Part shown: piece after piece, positions 47,001-58,974 of the stretch
Numbering within the stretch: the stretch's first letter is position 1
Layout: each line of letters opens with the position of its first letter
Origin: Macrostomum lignano
Taxonomy: Eukaryota
DNA length: 64,000 nucleotides
Reading direction: 5' to 3'
Assembly: GCA_002269645.1 (NCBI GenBank)
Contig: NIVC01000095.1
Location: 372,001 to 436,000 of the forward strand
Program-made: the position numbers and the translations under genes
The notes under the pieces: model-generated
The model's input: the letters and a program-made list of their open reading frames with translations, nothing else
Database searches by the model: none
Told to the model about the DNA's origin: nothing

Positions 47001-50000
47001 ATGCCCACCCAAAAAACATTAAGTAGTAGTACTAAGTTGCTGACAAGGTATTTTGGCTTTATAAGACAGTTATAGTTACTCTTGTTGTTTACCCAAAGTT
47101 GTGTTAATTGTGTTTTTTTATATGTAAGTCGCATTTTTGGCCAAAAACTACATCACATTTTTGTTAAAACTAAGTTGCACATAGAGAAATGTAGAGAAAT
47201 ATAAGTTTGGAAATAGAGACACAACTGCAAAATCTAAGCTATGGGGATAAGCTAAAAATTATTGACATAGATCTATGTGGATAAAATTGGAATTATTGGC
47301 AAGGGACCATGGGGATAAGCATTTCAAAAGTATATATCTATGGAAACAAAAAATTTAATTTTACCAAAACATCTTTTGCCATAAATTCCTTCATTGAAAT
47401 GGGCTGCACCTTACCTAAATCTAAATGACTTGCACCATGTCAATAATTCCCAGCTTATTCCAAAATTACAAAAAATAACTTTCAGGACTATAGCAATTGG
47501 TAATTTGGTCTACCTAATTTTTACTTCTTAGGCCAGTAACCGGTCATTTTGCCCATAAACCATTTCGGCCATGGACATTTTGCCCCTAGATCATTTCGCC
47601 CATAGACCGTTTCTCCCACAGACCATTTTGGCCATGGACTGTTTTGCCTCCAATTTGGACCAGGGTTGAAATAAACAAAGTCATGAGCTGAGAGTATGCA
47701 AGATAAGACAAAAGTGCAAAGAGCACTGCTGACAACCATGCGCACAACGATACAATTTTACAACTTTAAAAAAACTTGTTTCAATTTAATTCACAATTGG
47801 CCAGGGTCAAGATCGTGTACCCCTTTATGCCGGAACAAAAATTGCTTTCGTAGCTTATGCATGCCAATGTACACCAACGAACTCTTTATTGCATACAAAA
47901 ATATGCCAAAATAAAAATTACAAATTACAACTAATATTAAAAGCTTGCAAAATTTTAATATTCAAACAACCTATGTGTTAAAACTGAAAATCTTTTTACT
48001 AAACTGTAGAGAACTAGTTCATTTTAACTATTTTTGTTTTACTTTTACTTTCTTGGAAAAGTTAAACCCAGTTATTTTAATTTAGTTTTCCATTTTTTTG
48101 GAAAGGACTGGCTATTCTTTTTGATCAAAATTTTGCTAAGTATGCTAATTATGTAGATTGATTGTTAGGACTTGGAACTTTTGGTCCCACTTGCTGGTCT
48201 CAGCAATCTTTATACGCCAAGCTGTATGCCAAGAGGGCATGCCAGGCGCTTTTGTACACCAAGTTGTATGCCAATGTGTAGTGTTCCGCCGTAATTACGG
48301 CTACGGCTACGGCAAATTACGGCTACAACACTTTTGAAGCCGTATTTTCATTACGGATTACGGTTACGGACATATTTTGAGCTTACGGTTACGGTTACGG
48401 ATTACGGAGATTTTTCTAGACTTGCCGTAATTGGTAGCCGTAACAAAAATTATTTATTTTTAACTGTTTAGTGTTATAAAAGAATTTTTTTATATCAACT
48501 TCAACCAGTTTTCATTTTGTTTTACTAGTTATTATTATTTTTTACATTTGTTAAGTTTCTAAATATCTACGAAACTTCTTGAAAATGAAAAACGAATTTT
48601 TTCACAAATTTTCTCATTAGGCATACGGCATAGCATAGCATAGCGATAGCATGATAGCAGCAAGACAGAGAGAGCCAGTCAAAGCCTACAAGAGACTAAG
48701 AATCTGGCATTCTTATTTCTTAGCCATATGTAGCATTTAGCTCCTTAGCATAAAAATAGGATTTTAGATTTAGATTATGAGGATAAGGATGAAAGAATAT
48801 TAATAAGGAAATACTAAATAAATACTAATAGGATAAGAATATGAATTATGATTGAAACCAAAGAAGACAATACAATAGACAATGCAATAAAATGAAAATG
48901 AAAAAATGTAACATGCAATTTCTTAGTCATCGGAAATTTTGAAGCAGTTTTATTTGAACAAATTCATATATTTATTTAATGATATTAAACATACACATTG
49001 ACCTTGGCACGTCAGTCATATATTCATATTGTAGCGAAACAAAACAGAATCACGACACAGAAAACTGAAAAAGGCACCAAGCACACAATTGCATACAACA
49101 ATGCTATAGAATACTTCGATAAAGATATTATATTTACGAAAAAATAAATGAATATTAATGCATAAACAAACAACAAGTAGGTTTTATTGCTATCCTTTTA
49201 TCCTTTTTATCTGTCCTTTTCTGTCTGCCCTACTTTTCATGCAAAAATATCAATTTTTGTTATACATTACGGCTACCGTTACGGCAAATTACGGTTACAG
49301 ACTTTTTTAGCCTGTAATGACGGCAAAATTCGGCTACGGAAGTTGCTTCTTTCTTATGGCTACGGTTACGGTTACGGAGGTCAAAACTCGCAGCGGCGGA
49401 ACACTACCAATGTGTAATCTAGGTCCCTCTATGCTGGAAAATTTCGGGGTACATGTATACTATCCAGAGTTTGGACAATTGGTAGGCACCCAACGACAAC
49501 CGGCTAGCTAGGCCAAAAGCTTACAAAATCATTGGGCTAACCAGCAGGAAAGCGTGCTCTCAAGCTCTTGCTTCTCCTGGCTAGACGGGCCCAAAGCACG
49601 CTCTTATATAATCAAATGGGCACAATTGTAATAAACAAAATTGCAATAACACAATAACACAATTGTTGTGGCAACAATTCAGATCAAATTTTATTACAAA
49701 TTAAACCAAAAAATTAGCATTGAAAAAAGAAAATAAAGATACATGTATAGCTGTATCTCTAAAATACATAATCATCATTTTGGCCGAAACACCCATTGCC
49801 GAACTGGTTTATCGGTGAAATGGACTATGGATGAAATGGTCTAGCTAGGGGCAAAATGTACATGGCCGAAACAGTTTGGGGGCAAAACAACCGGAATTCC
49901 TTAGGCCTACTCTAAGAATGTTTCTATGCTAAAAACAAAAAGATAATTTACATGTCGCCACACCAGCATGACACCTTTCCCCACAACAGCTTTTGGAATT

Positions 50001-50266
50001 GGCAATTTGCAATAGGGCCCTATATTTTGTCATTGACACAAAAATATTTGCAGTAAGCATTGCTATCAATAGAATAATTTTAGGTAGGGCTTAATTAATA
50101 ATTGTAACATTTGATTTGTTTTTTATGATAAGTCATAAAAATTACAGAAAAAAATAGAAAATACTTCTGGTATTTTATTTATCTTACCTCTAGACGAAGA
50201 CCGTTGGTGATAAGAACTTTCCGAGACTTCAATATCATCAGGGTTTCCTCTCAAGCAGTTTCCCAT
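40044..50266 (-). CDS. UBTD: Ubiquitin domain-containing protein 1/2 (DC-UbP-type N domain + C-terminal UBL)
   Basis: Exons (minus): 50266-50188 ([11 protein letters not shown]..., phase 1, gtaaga donor), 41566-41202, 40592-40044 (TAG). Hallmarks [65 protein letters not shown] and [26 protein letters not shown] start fits N-myristoylation. Linking exon 1 across the 8.6-kb intron is inferred from phase and motif. Confidence 0.9.
40820..41102. repeat. (CTGT)n microsatellite, UBTD intron 2
   Basis: Visible. Confidence 0.95.
41680..41930. repeat. Third, short and more diverged array of 28-bp family A, UBTD intron 1
   Basis: Same unit and orientation as the arrays at 11.2 kb and 28.7 kb. Confidence 0.9.
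42325..42905. repeat. ~36-bp minisatellite (GGGTTCAACTGAGGTCACTGACTGATGGACTAAGAA)
   Basis: Visible periodicity. Confidence 0.93.
43064..43903 (+). CDS. Intronless orphan membrane protein (~279 aa), four predicted hydrophobic helices with tetraspanin-like topology, nested antisense in UBTD intron 1
   Basis: Non-repetitive ORF from ATG 43064 (alternative ATG at MNNRGDK); hydrophobic stretches [84 protein letters not shown]; Cys-containing loop between TM3 and TM4; Gln-rich tail. No CCG motif. Confidence 0.6.
   Translation: MTEAKTSIKVRQITRPSMNNRGDKHILYALLLVCLVASLSLSQSVASALICQLNTQLSEEQLCQSVLVTSFCTAVATVAGVALQVVTASSIRRRNSLNQVNSASIRWYIGAICLSISTIALAITSLVTTLLLGLDYTSMQIHQLLLDNNVTRVPLLAGDALIVRQHNCLDPLSLAKKASTASSILFSGFDVALFEKTKDACPGESAAFMRLQLNVIAFNACLVTVLLLAGVRQAALAWMQMLLPWIQPHQQQQQQVEQLNLQEMAPMVANMPAIASNTV
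46455..47030 (+). mobile_element. Possible Helitron-like non-autonomous element (5' end only supported)
   Basis: TCTATCTATACTTATACTAAAACTGACGCGATGTTTGTCTG resembles the 5' ends of DINE/Lep1-type Helitron derivatives; 3' hairpin/CTRR end not convincingly found. Confidence 0.25.
47535..49899. mobile_element. Non-autonomous TIR DNA element (possibly Mutator-like) with long imperfect TIRs and CATTTCGCCCA-type subterminal repeats; hosts a hAT element
   Basis: CCGGTCATTTTGCCCATAAACCATTTCGGCCATGGACATTTTGCCCCTAG (~47540) is an inverted match to CTAGGGGCAAAATGTACATGGCCGAAACAGTTTGGGGGCAAAACAACCGG (~49845-49894); direct repeat CTTAGGCC at 47527-47534 and 49900-49907. Confidence 0.65.
48279..49406. mobile_element. 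hAT-like non-autonomous element (1128 bp)
   Basis: Perfect 13-bp TIR TAGTGTTCCGCCG / CGGCGGAACACTA; perfect 8-bp TSD CCAATGTG (48271-48278, 49407-49414); subterminal TACGG repeats at both ends. Confidence 0.9.
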
Positions 50267-51165
50267 GTGTCAATTGAATCATGACAGTGGGAACAAACCA
50301 GAAAAAATGACGCAGATTCTGCGCTCTATTTAATCACTTTTAGCTAGGGCAACTTGAAATATTGCAAAAATGAATCGCTAAAAATACAGCTAAACGAATA
50401 TTTCACCGAAACACACTAAAACACTTAGTATTAAAACAACCCCAATTTGTTCCTAGACTTTACTCGCGAATTTTCTGAGAAAATGAACATTTGAAAGTTA
50501 AACTATTGTTTTGAAATCAAATTCTAAAATATTAAAAGGCTGTTTGCTTGAACTTTGTTTTTAGTTTTTGCACCTAATAAAAAAGCATTTGTAGAAAATT
50601 TGTTAATACACATAAATCAAAAATATTACAAGATAATGAGAATAGGAGAGCTGTCTTTTTTTCGGGCAAAATTTAATTAGGTTTTTATATTTTTTTACAT
50701 TTTCGTTGCTTTTGCGCTGGTCAAGCTGGACTACCTGTCACTAGATTCACCAAAATCTTAATTGACACTCAAAATGTAGTTAATACCGGATTACGTGATA
50801 TTTTCAAAACATATATTCTTTCTTCGAAACACTAAGTTTTCTTACAAATTCTTTAAAGCTCAATCTTGAGACATCCATTAATCTGGTATCCCTAATCCTT
50901 AATAGCAGAACAATTGTGTTTTGTCAATAGTCACCATATTAAAGCGTGATGACTTGATAGTTCTGACGTCTTCTGTGACTTGTAGCCTCTAGATGGCAAA
51001 ATTATCATACTATGTAGTAGGCCTAGCTACAGTTAAAGTAACCCTAGCCTAACTTTATTTTGCCACTTGATTGCATATTTAGGCCAGTTGGATATTTTAT
51101 TCTTCCAACAGCTACCTGTTAATTCAGTTTTTATTGTTTTTAGAAGTTTTCAAGGGCTTGATACA
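50267..51165. promoter_or_regulatory. Putative bidirectional promoter between UBTD (-) and ARHGAP39 (+)
   Basis: 899 bp between the divergent inferred ATGs; TGACGTC at 50964; acceptor-like tttttag at ~51143 just before the ARHGAP39 ATG. Confidence 0.45.
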
Positions 51166-54100
51166 ATGACAGCAATATCAAAGTAAGTATTAAATATAAA
51201 AAAAATAATAATAGTAATATTATAATTATAAATAATGTCATTTTCCTGATCAATGCTTTAGTTGGATATATTTTTAATTCTTTATACCAGTGTTGGGCAC
51301 ACGTCCAATACTCCAATACTCCGATAGTATTGCCAATACCATTTGAGTATTGGAATATCAGACCTCATTACTTTTTTTGGCAATCCTACACTTCCGTTTG
51401 GTAAATTATTTTGACACTGAATTTTGAACAGGCGTGTTAAATAACAATGTAACCAAACAAAACTGAAACAGTGGAACATGGTAGCAGTCTGTTAGAGCGC
51501 ATAGTCACTTAGAGTGTGTCTGCAGGTCATTAAGGTGTCTATAATGGATAGTAATGTCCAATCCAGTACAGGATAGCCCCAAATGGACATTGGGGATATA
51601 GACAACGCCAGAGGAATTCCTCAATGTGTGCATCGAAGAGAGCATCGCTCGTGCTATGCATGTTGCAGATCTTGCACTTTGCGTGGGCCTATGTGCCCTC
51701 TATGGTGTTGGTGTGGACTGTTGGGTCTGCTGGATCTACAAAGTGCAGCCGATGGGAAATGAGAAATTGAAGCTCAAAAAACAAGCAGCTCACAAGCAAC
51801 AGCTCCCTTAAACTGACACCCCCTTAAACTCTGTTCGCTCAAACTTTTGGCCATAGACACATTGCCAATTGACGTCATTTGACTCGGTGGTACGAATTCA
51901 AATGTTAAAATAATTTACCGAACGGAAGTGTAGGATTGCCCTTTTTTTCTTATTATTGGACCTTGGTATTGCCGATACATTTTCTTAAATCTGATAATCC
52001 AATACATTTAATCAAACTAATAGTAATAAATTTAAAAATTTAATTTAGTGAAAGTCAAATAATATCTAATTTCTAATTAATGAGTTGGAGTTTTTGCATA
52101 TCATGCACATTATTATTTTTGTATTATCTATCATGTAATCTTTTCATCTTAATGTACTATGTAGGTGCAAATGCGGCAATTTCTTAGTTTCCCGTGTTTA
52201 ATTATAACCCCACCCCCACCACCCTTGAATAGAGGGCGAAATAATTCCGTAAAATAATTAAACGCAGGAATCTTTAGGATCGCCGCAAATGCTACTATAA
52301 ATATAATAAAATTTATTACAATATTTTGCCCATTTAATCTTCTTCTCTGGTCAGCCATGTCTCACTAGAGTCTTGTGTCTAAAAATTAAGTAGGCCCTAG
52401 CTAAGAGCTTTTTCTTCATTTTTGGCTTAATAGATGCAGAAAAGTGGGAAAATGCAAAAAAATGATGTATTGGACCAAGGATCAGAATAAAGTACTGCAT
52501 GATACTCATATTTTGGTATTGGACTAACAAATATTGCCAATATCTTTTAGAGTATTAGTACCAGAATATTGCTTTAAAATGATACTTTTTAAAGTATTGT
52601 GCCCAATACTGTTTTATACATTTGTACATTTGGTATTATAGTTTTGATAATTATTCTATTAAGGCTTAACATTTTAAAATTTATACAGAGAAAAAAAATA
52701 AGTTTAATGTATATAGATTTATTTTTTATATTTTTTACTTTTGGCTTTTTAAATATGATTTATATATTTCCCTATTGGAATAAGTTAAAAAAACCCACAT
52801 GTGTGACATTAATACAAAAAGTAGTTTGAATGTATTATGTATAAAATCAAGATAAAGTCAAAAGTAAAAAAAGTGTTATGCAACCCATAGTCTGGATTGT
52901 ATATTAGTGTATGCTGGGTTTAATGCCAGAAAAAAATGACAAAACCTTGTTTGTTTTGCGAATACAAAAAATGTCATTTGATACAATGTATCTGCTGTGT
53001 TATATATACTGGGATATGTCTTAATGTACGTTGAAAAATGATAAGACCCTTATTGTATGCCAAGAAAAAATCTAACACAGTATGGCACAAGACAAAAAAT
53101 TGAGACAATTTGGTGCAAGACAAAAGCTTCCAACAAGACAATATATTCTTTGATAAAAAATTCTATCAAAGCATTTCTAAAGCATATTTTAAATTATATT
53201 TAAATTTTATTTAAAGGCATATAATTTTTATCAGCACTTTTTGCTTGCTAGTTCTAGTATATTTATGGCTTTTTTAATTAATTTACATTAATCTTGCATT
53301 TTCTATAAAACAGAATCAATTACAAGTTTTCTTGGTATTTTTCAAATGGAAAATTATTGATTTTGTATTTTTTTAAAAGTTGCAATATATGGCGATAGCT
53401 TACTTTTTTATAAAAATAGTTCTGGCGCATCACACACTATAAGTAAACTTTTTTGATAAGATTCATTCTAGCACAGGTGTACCATAATCCTGACTATGGT
53501 TAGACTTTACACTCAGTTTTAAGTGATGCTAAATAGGTTAAATATGTTATTCCTATTTTGTTACACCTGAATTATGCTTTTAATGCTGTTATCTATCAAT
53601 TATAATGTGTTGTAGCCCTTAACACACAATATTGCCTTTTATTACAATGCAATATCCATAGTCTAAATTATGCTTGGTGCATGCCCAAACAAAAATTGAA
53701 TATTTACAAATGGATACCAAAAAATTTTCATACCTGTATTGTCATATTTATGTGAGTGTTAACTATTCAATAAATTACCTTTTTTGCATTGCAACAATAA
53801 ATGACCTTTTTTATATTTTTTTTTTTTCTTATTTTGTATATAAAGAATCTTTTTTGGTAGATAGTTTGGTTACTTTTTTTATCTCTCTGGCCTTTACTAT
53901 CCTTAGGAAAAAGTTTATATGTATAAACATTTGTAAAAATGCTTTTTTACAACCTTAAAAACTAGAAAGCTTAAAATTTTCATTTAAAATGAACTTGAAA
54001 AAATACATTTAAAAAACATTAAAATTATTTTTTTCATTTACAAACTTATAACACTAACTCTTACATTCAACTCCAAATTTTTGGGTGTATACTACATGAT

Positions 54101-57100
54101 CCAAAATGTGATGCAATATTGAATCTATAAAATACAATACTGGAAATATTTTAAATGCAATGGACAACTATCTACATTTTTTAACTTATTCCAATAAGGA
54201 TTTATATTGGCTACTAGACATTTTAATTTGTTAAATAACTATATTTATTAAAGGATGCTTTTTAATTAAAGAATCCTCAATAATAAGTATTATTGAAAAA
54301 TAAAAATCAGTAAAATAATATGCTAGAAATCTAAAGCTAGGCTCTAGTTTTTTGTGTGTGACTTTTTCCATTGGATATTCCATTATAATTTTGATTAGAT
54401 ATTCTGTCAGATAATGTGTCAGTCTATAAGACTTAATATTCTTTTTAATTATTATCATATTTGTATTTTAGCATAAGATCCTTATCTAGGTTTTTTGCTA
54501 GTGTTAAGGCTTTTAGTTAGTGCTAAGATATAAATTTGCATCTAAGGTCCAATTGTTGGATATTTAGAAATTTAGGATATTATTTAGCATTTCTATTGTA
54601 CAAAAACCTAAAAAATACTTAGGATAGGTTTTTTTGCTTAAAACATAAAATTTAATCCAAAGTCTAATTTAAACTCTAAAGCCCTATTATAGCCAAAGTC
54701 TAAACTATATTGGATATAGATGCCTCCTTCTGTTATAGCAGACTGCTAGTACATTAGACCATGTTTGCATTACCTGGGCCAATCTATGCCAATGCTAGAC
54801 TTTATCTACAATAATGGCTATTGGCTATAATAGGGATTTAAAGTTATAATTTTAAAACTCAAGATATTATATTATCCCTATTGTACAAAAAATAAACCTA
54901 GGTCCTTATATAGCAATCCAATGTTGATAACATTAACTAATATTCCTAATGTCTATTTGATATCTATATATATCAAGATATCTTATAATTAAACATATGT
55001 ATTCTGCCAATATATAATATAATTAAATGTACATATCATAAATGTAATTTTTTTTCAATAGCCATTCTAGATTACTATATGGGTTACTTGTTATATTATA
55101 GATTTATAGATCTATAATTATAAGTTCTACTCTTTTATAATAAGTGTTATTGCAAGCAGTTTAATAGTATGTACAAATAGATATATACAATACAATGAGC
55201 TCTATGATCCTAAGGTCAATTTTATTTATAGCCAATTTTTAGGTGTCTAAAAAAATGGTACATATATTAGCATACATTAATACTTTTTATATCTTGAAAA
55301 TTTCAAATATATTGTTATGCAGTTGAAGTATTTATTAATATTACAATATACAAATAATGTAAAACTAATATATATGACAAATATTGCCTCTACTATAGCA
55401 AATAGAGGTCTATGTCAATAGCATCTGACTTGTAGATAATGAAAATAATTGGTATACCTATATGCTTAAATATGTTTAAGATCCTCAGCTTAAGAAATCA
55501 TTAAATTCAAATTATATAAAAGTCTATTTATGTTGTTCAAAGAATAAAAAACACAATTTTAGGATACATATTCTTTTAACTATAAAAATGTTCTTATGAT
55601 TTCATACAACCATGATCCTTGAATCCAAGTTTGTCTATGCATTTATGCATTCAATATAGTGTCCATACATTTTTTGATATGCTCCAGTAGGTTTTATCAC
55701 TATGGTTTATCAGGCTTATAGTATACATGTACAAAGAGATATTTGTGACATTTATTGGCTTCATGTTATATAATCCATATACTAATCTTGTACTGCTTGT
55801 CTAATTGATGTTTTAAGAACTGTCTAGCTTTTTTCTTAAAATTAGCTTTAAAAATAATGGTTCTATATTTTGAGTTATATTGTAGATTTTATTTTTTATT
55901 AATTAAGTATAGTTTTTGCTGATTAAATATTATTTTCAAAATGCATAGATTATGTTTTGCTAGCTGTTAGTATTTAAGTTTATAAAGTGAAAAATAATAT
56001 GATTTTGTATTGTTTACAAAATTAAAGTTTCACATTTTTACTTAGTTCAATTATATTTCTATAATAGCACAGCAGTACCTGTGTAGACAAGAATTTTCTG
56101 ACAAGGCAATTATGTAGCACTTATTAGATAATGAGGCAATTATGTAATTGTCATAGTTTTTCTGTCATTAACTCAGAACATTTTAATTTCAAATCATGAT
56201 AGTGCAGCTTTTCTAAAGACTAGCATCCGCCTCCTTAGCCCATGGATTTGCAGCATTAAAAAATTGTCTCTAATGGAGCTTATATTGAGGCACCTGTTTT
56301 AATATAGTTAAACCTTATTATTTTGTCTGACTAGTGACTAGTAATAATATGTGGAGTTGTAACATGTTTACAACTGGACAGTTTTGGTTCCCAATCGCAG
56401 ATGTTACACATCACAAACTTATTTTCTATATATTATTAAAATCATCGCAGTTTCGACTGGGTGGAAATCTGCGACCCCCGAACCCGGGTGCCAATGTTTG
56501 TTCACTTGGAGTCTGGCGACTGCGTGGAGCTGCTGCCCGACGGGTCCAGGGTGAAACAGCTGGACCGCAATCAGTGGTGGGAGTTTTACGACACTGGCAC
56601 TGGTCGATATTATTACTACAATTATATGACCGAAGCTACGCTGTGGCAGAAGCCGCCTTATGCTGATATTATACCTCTGGCTAAGATACAGGTGAGGTGT
56701 CTGCGTGTTAATAACTTGGCTAACTTCATTATGTTGATGCTTTCTTTAAAAACCCGAATTGTTACTTCTTATTTTCCTCTTTCAGAGCTCTCGACTGCAG
56801 CAGCAGCAGCAGCAGCAGCCGCATAGCAGGCACTCTAGTAGACACTCTAGTAGTTTAAACTCTGGGACACAGACTCCCGTATTGTCGGATCAGGTATTTT
56901 ACTGCCTATATTTGTCTTCATTTTTACCTTGCTCTCTTCTCATCCTCACTCCACTCATCTCTCTTCCCATCTCATCTCGTCTCTTCTTTCTATTTTCTCC
57001 TCTCTCTTCTCCATGTTCTCTACTCTCTCCTCCATGTTCTCTACTCTCTCCTCCATGTTCTCTACTCTCTCCTCCATGTTCTCTACTCTCTCCTCCATGT

Positions 57101-58209
57101 TCTCTACTCTCTCCTCCATGTTCTCTACTCTCGTCTCCATGTGCTTTACTCTCGTCTCCATGTGCTCTATTCTCTTCTCCATGTTCTCTACTCTCGTCTC
57201 AATGTTCTCTACTCTCTTCTCCATGTTCTCTACTCTCGTCTCCATGTGCTCTATTCTCTTCTCCATGTTCTCTACTCTCGTCTCAATGTTCTCTACTCTC
57301 TTCTCCATGTTCTCTACTCTCTCCTCCATGTTCTCTACTCTCTCCTCCATGTTCTCTACTCTCTTCTCCATGTTCTCTACTGTCTCCTCCATTTTCTCTA
57401 CTCTTTCTACTCTTCTAAACTCTCAAATTTCACATTTTCCCATTTTCATATCCATCTCCCTGCTCTATCGTACAAGTACGCAGTTTAGGTTCTTGAGTTA
57501 ATGAAGAAAAATTTATTTATTAATATTTGCTTGCAAATAAGCGGTCTGGTGAATACAAATTGAATATTGAGTGATGTCTGACCGCTTTCCATCTGCAAGT
57601 CAGTCGTTAGAAATAAACTTTCAATTCCCCAATCAATCATCAGTTTAATTGATAAAACTGATGTATAAATTTTCAATGCAGTCTGCAATTCCCCAAGGAG
57701 CCGGCTAAACTTTTGCCTCAAGGCTTAGATGATATCTTACCTATTAGTCATCGCTAACTGACTGTCCTAGCTAGGTGGCTGCTAAATTCGGATCTATTTA
57801 GGATAAGATGGAAAGCCAAGTCCCGTTTATGCATTGGGTGCAGAGCCAATCAATCTGTGCCCCGTGACTGACTGATATGGTATTGAGGAGGTAAGATTGC
57901 AGGCACCAACGCTAGCCCGCATGTATTTCATTGTAGCGCTCGAATCAGACAGCTGTTCATCGGCAGCACAGTCTAGCAATTGGTTCTACTAGTAGCAGCG
58001 AAAGCAATCGGATTGGCAATAAAAATTGTTCCACTTCGAAAACGCCAACGCAGAGCAGGCGAAGGGAGCGAGCTTCCACTGTTAGCAGCTCCGCCGCTGC
58101 TGCAACAGCTGCCGTTCTGGAGTCCTGCAACGAATATTCAATTGGACTGCCGGTGTCTGCCTCATCAAATACCAATAATACAGCATCGTTTAGTCCTGGC
58201 TGCGTGCAG
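51166..58209 (+). CDS. ARHGAP39: Rho GTPase-activating protein 39 (Vilse), 5' exons with tandem WW domains; gene continues beyond the identified exons
   Basis: Exons: 51166-51182 (MTAIS, phase 2, gtaagt), 56451-56691 (FDWVEICDPRTRVPMF...NQWWEFYDTGTGRYYYYN...LWQKPPYADIIPLAKIQ, matching the ARHGAP39 WW region as recalled), 56786-56893, 57949-58209; all phases are consistent. Confidence 0.87.
51288..52611. mobile_element. hAT-like non-autonomous element in ARHGAP39 intron 1, hosting a Merlin element
   Basis: TIR CAGTGTTGGGCAC / GTGCCCAATACTG (one mismatch); 8-bp TSD CTTTATAC / TTTTATAC; subterminal CAATAC/GTATTG motifs. Confidence 0.8.
51379..51940 (-). mobile_element. Merlin (IS1595/ISXO2-like) internally deleted element with transposase C-terminal remnant
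   Basis: ~40-bp TIR starting GGCAATCCTACACTTCCGTT (first 20 bp perfect; fits GGNRM); perfect 8-bp TSD CTTTTTTT (51371-51378, 51941-51948); minus frame ~51600-51755 reads HRLHFVDPADPTVHTNTIEGT*AHAK...LFDAHIEEFLWR, an ISXO2-type HTNTIEG.W motif with W to stop. Confidence 0.82.
54200..55700 (-). pseudogene. Possible heavily decayed non-LTR retrotransposon reverse transcriptase
   Basis: Minus-strand relics in the expected order: IDF...ILNIFKHIGIP (~55525-55450), LMYANICTIFL (YADD-like, 55266-55274), IIRYLDIY (KYLG-like, ~54970-54989; same frame as YAN). Many stops; tentative. Confidence 0.3.
56990..57415. repeat. 21-bp minisatellite (CTCCATGTTCTCTACTCTCTC)n, ARHGAP39 intron
   Basis: Visible periodicity. 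Confidence 0.93.
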
Positions 58210-58271
58210 GTAGGCTTTGGTTTAACAATCCACCTCTTGTGGTTAAGTAGAATTTTATAAGTAAATTTGTT

Positions 58272-58387
58272 CGTTAGTTAGTCAGTTAGTTAGTTAGTTA
58301 GTTAATTAGTTAGTTAGTTAGTTAGTTCGTTAGTTAGTTAGTTAGTCAGTTAGTTAGTTAGTTAGTTAGTTAGTCAGTTAGTTAGTC

Positions 58388-58450
<63 letters not shown>

Positions 58451-58487
58451 CAGTTAGTTAGTTAGTTAGTTAGTCAGTCAGTCAGTT
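58272..58487. repeat. (GTTA)n microsatellite
   Basis: Visible. Confidence 0.95.
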
Positions 58488-58494
58488 GACCTCT

Positions 58495-58688
58495 GAGCAC
58501 ACTCTCACATTGGGTGTACAGCAGCCCTTACTCTGCCTTTGGGGTCAGCTCTCGCGGTCATAAATCACCCAAGCCTCGCAGACCAGTTTTTCTGCACAAG
58601 CCTCAAATTAATGTGGCCGCGCACGAAATTAGAATCGAACCCCGGGCACTTCAGCGCCCGAGTCCGAGTCGTTACTCACTACCCTGCC
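58495..58688 (-). mobile_element. tRNA-derived SINE fragment related to the 3358-3826 element
   Basis: B-box-like GGTTCGATTC (58632-58641); shares GGGTGTACAGCAGCCCT (58512-58528) with the 42-bp unit of the first SINE. Confidence 0.55.
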
Positions 58689-58974
58689 TCTCTTATATCA
58701 TCTCTCTATTGCGTCTCTTTATATATATAGACGGTCAGCTGGGCACCTTTCCCTAAGGTGTATTTTATTAATTAAAATTAAAGGTTGATTGTTTTTGTCC
58801 AATCGATGCTCTCGTTAAAATTCCATCTTCAATCTCTTAAGCCTCTGTTTATCGGTGTGTACTTTCTGACCTATTTATTGGGGTATAAAAATTGCTATTT
58901 AGTTAACTTCCTGTGGAGTCCGTGACTATCTATGTAGTTCTTCTATACAGCCCGTGACATTCCATGTAACTCAT

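Noticed and set aside
50986-50999. CTCF-like motif CCTCTAGATGGC in the divergent promoter
   Set aside because: Single imperfect match; CTCF presence in this lineage is unknown to me.
52599-54458. Hydrophobic Ile/Phe/Lys-rich ORFs
   Set aside because: Expected by chance in very AT-rich intron sequence.
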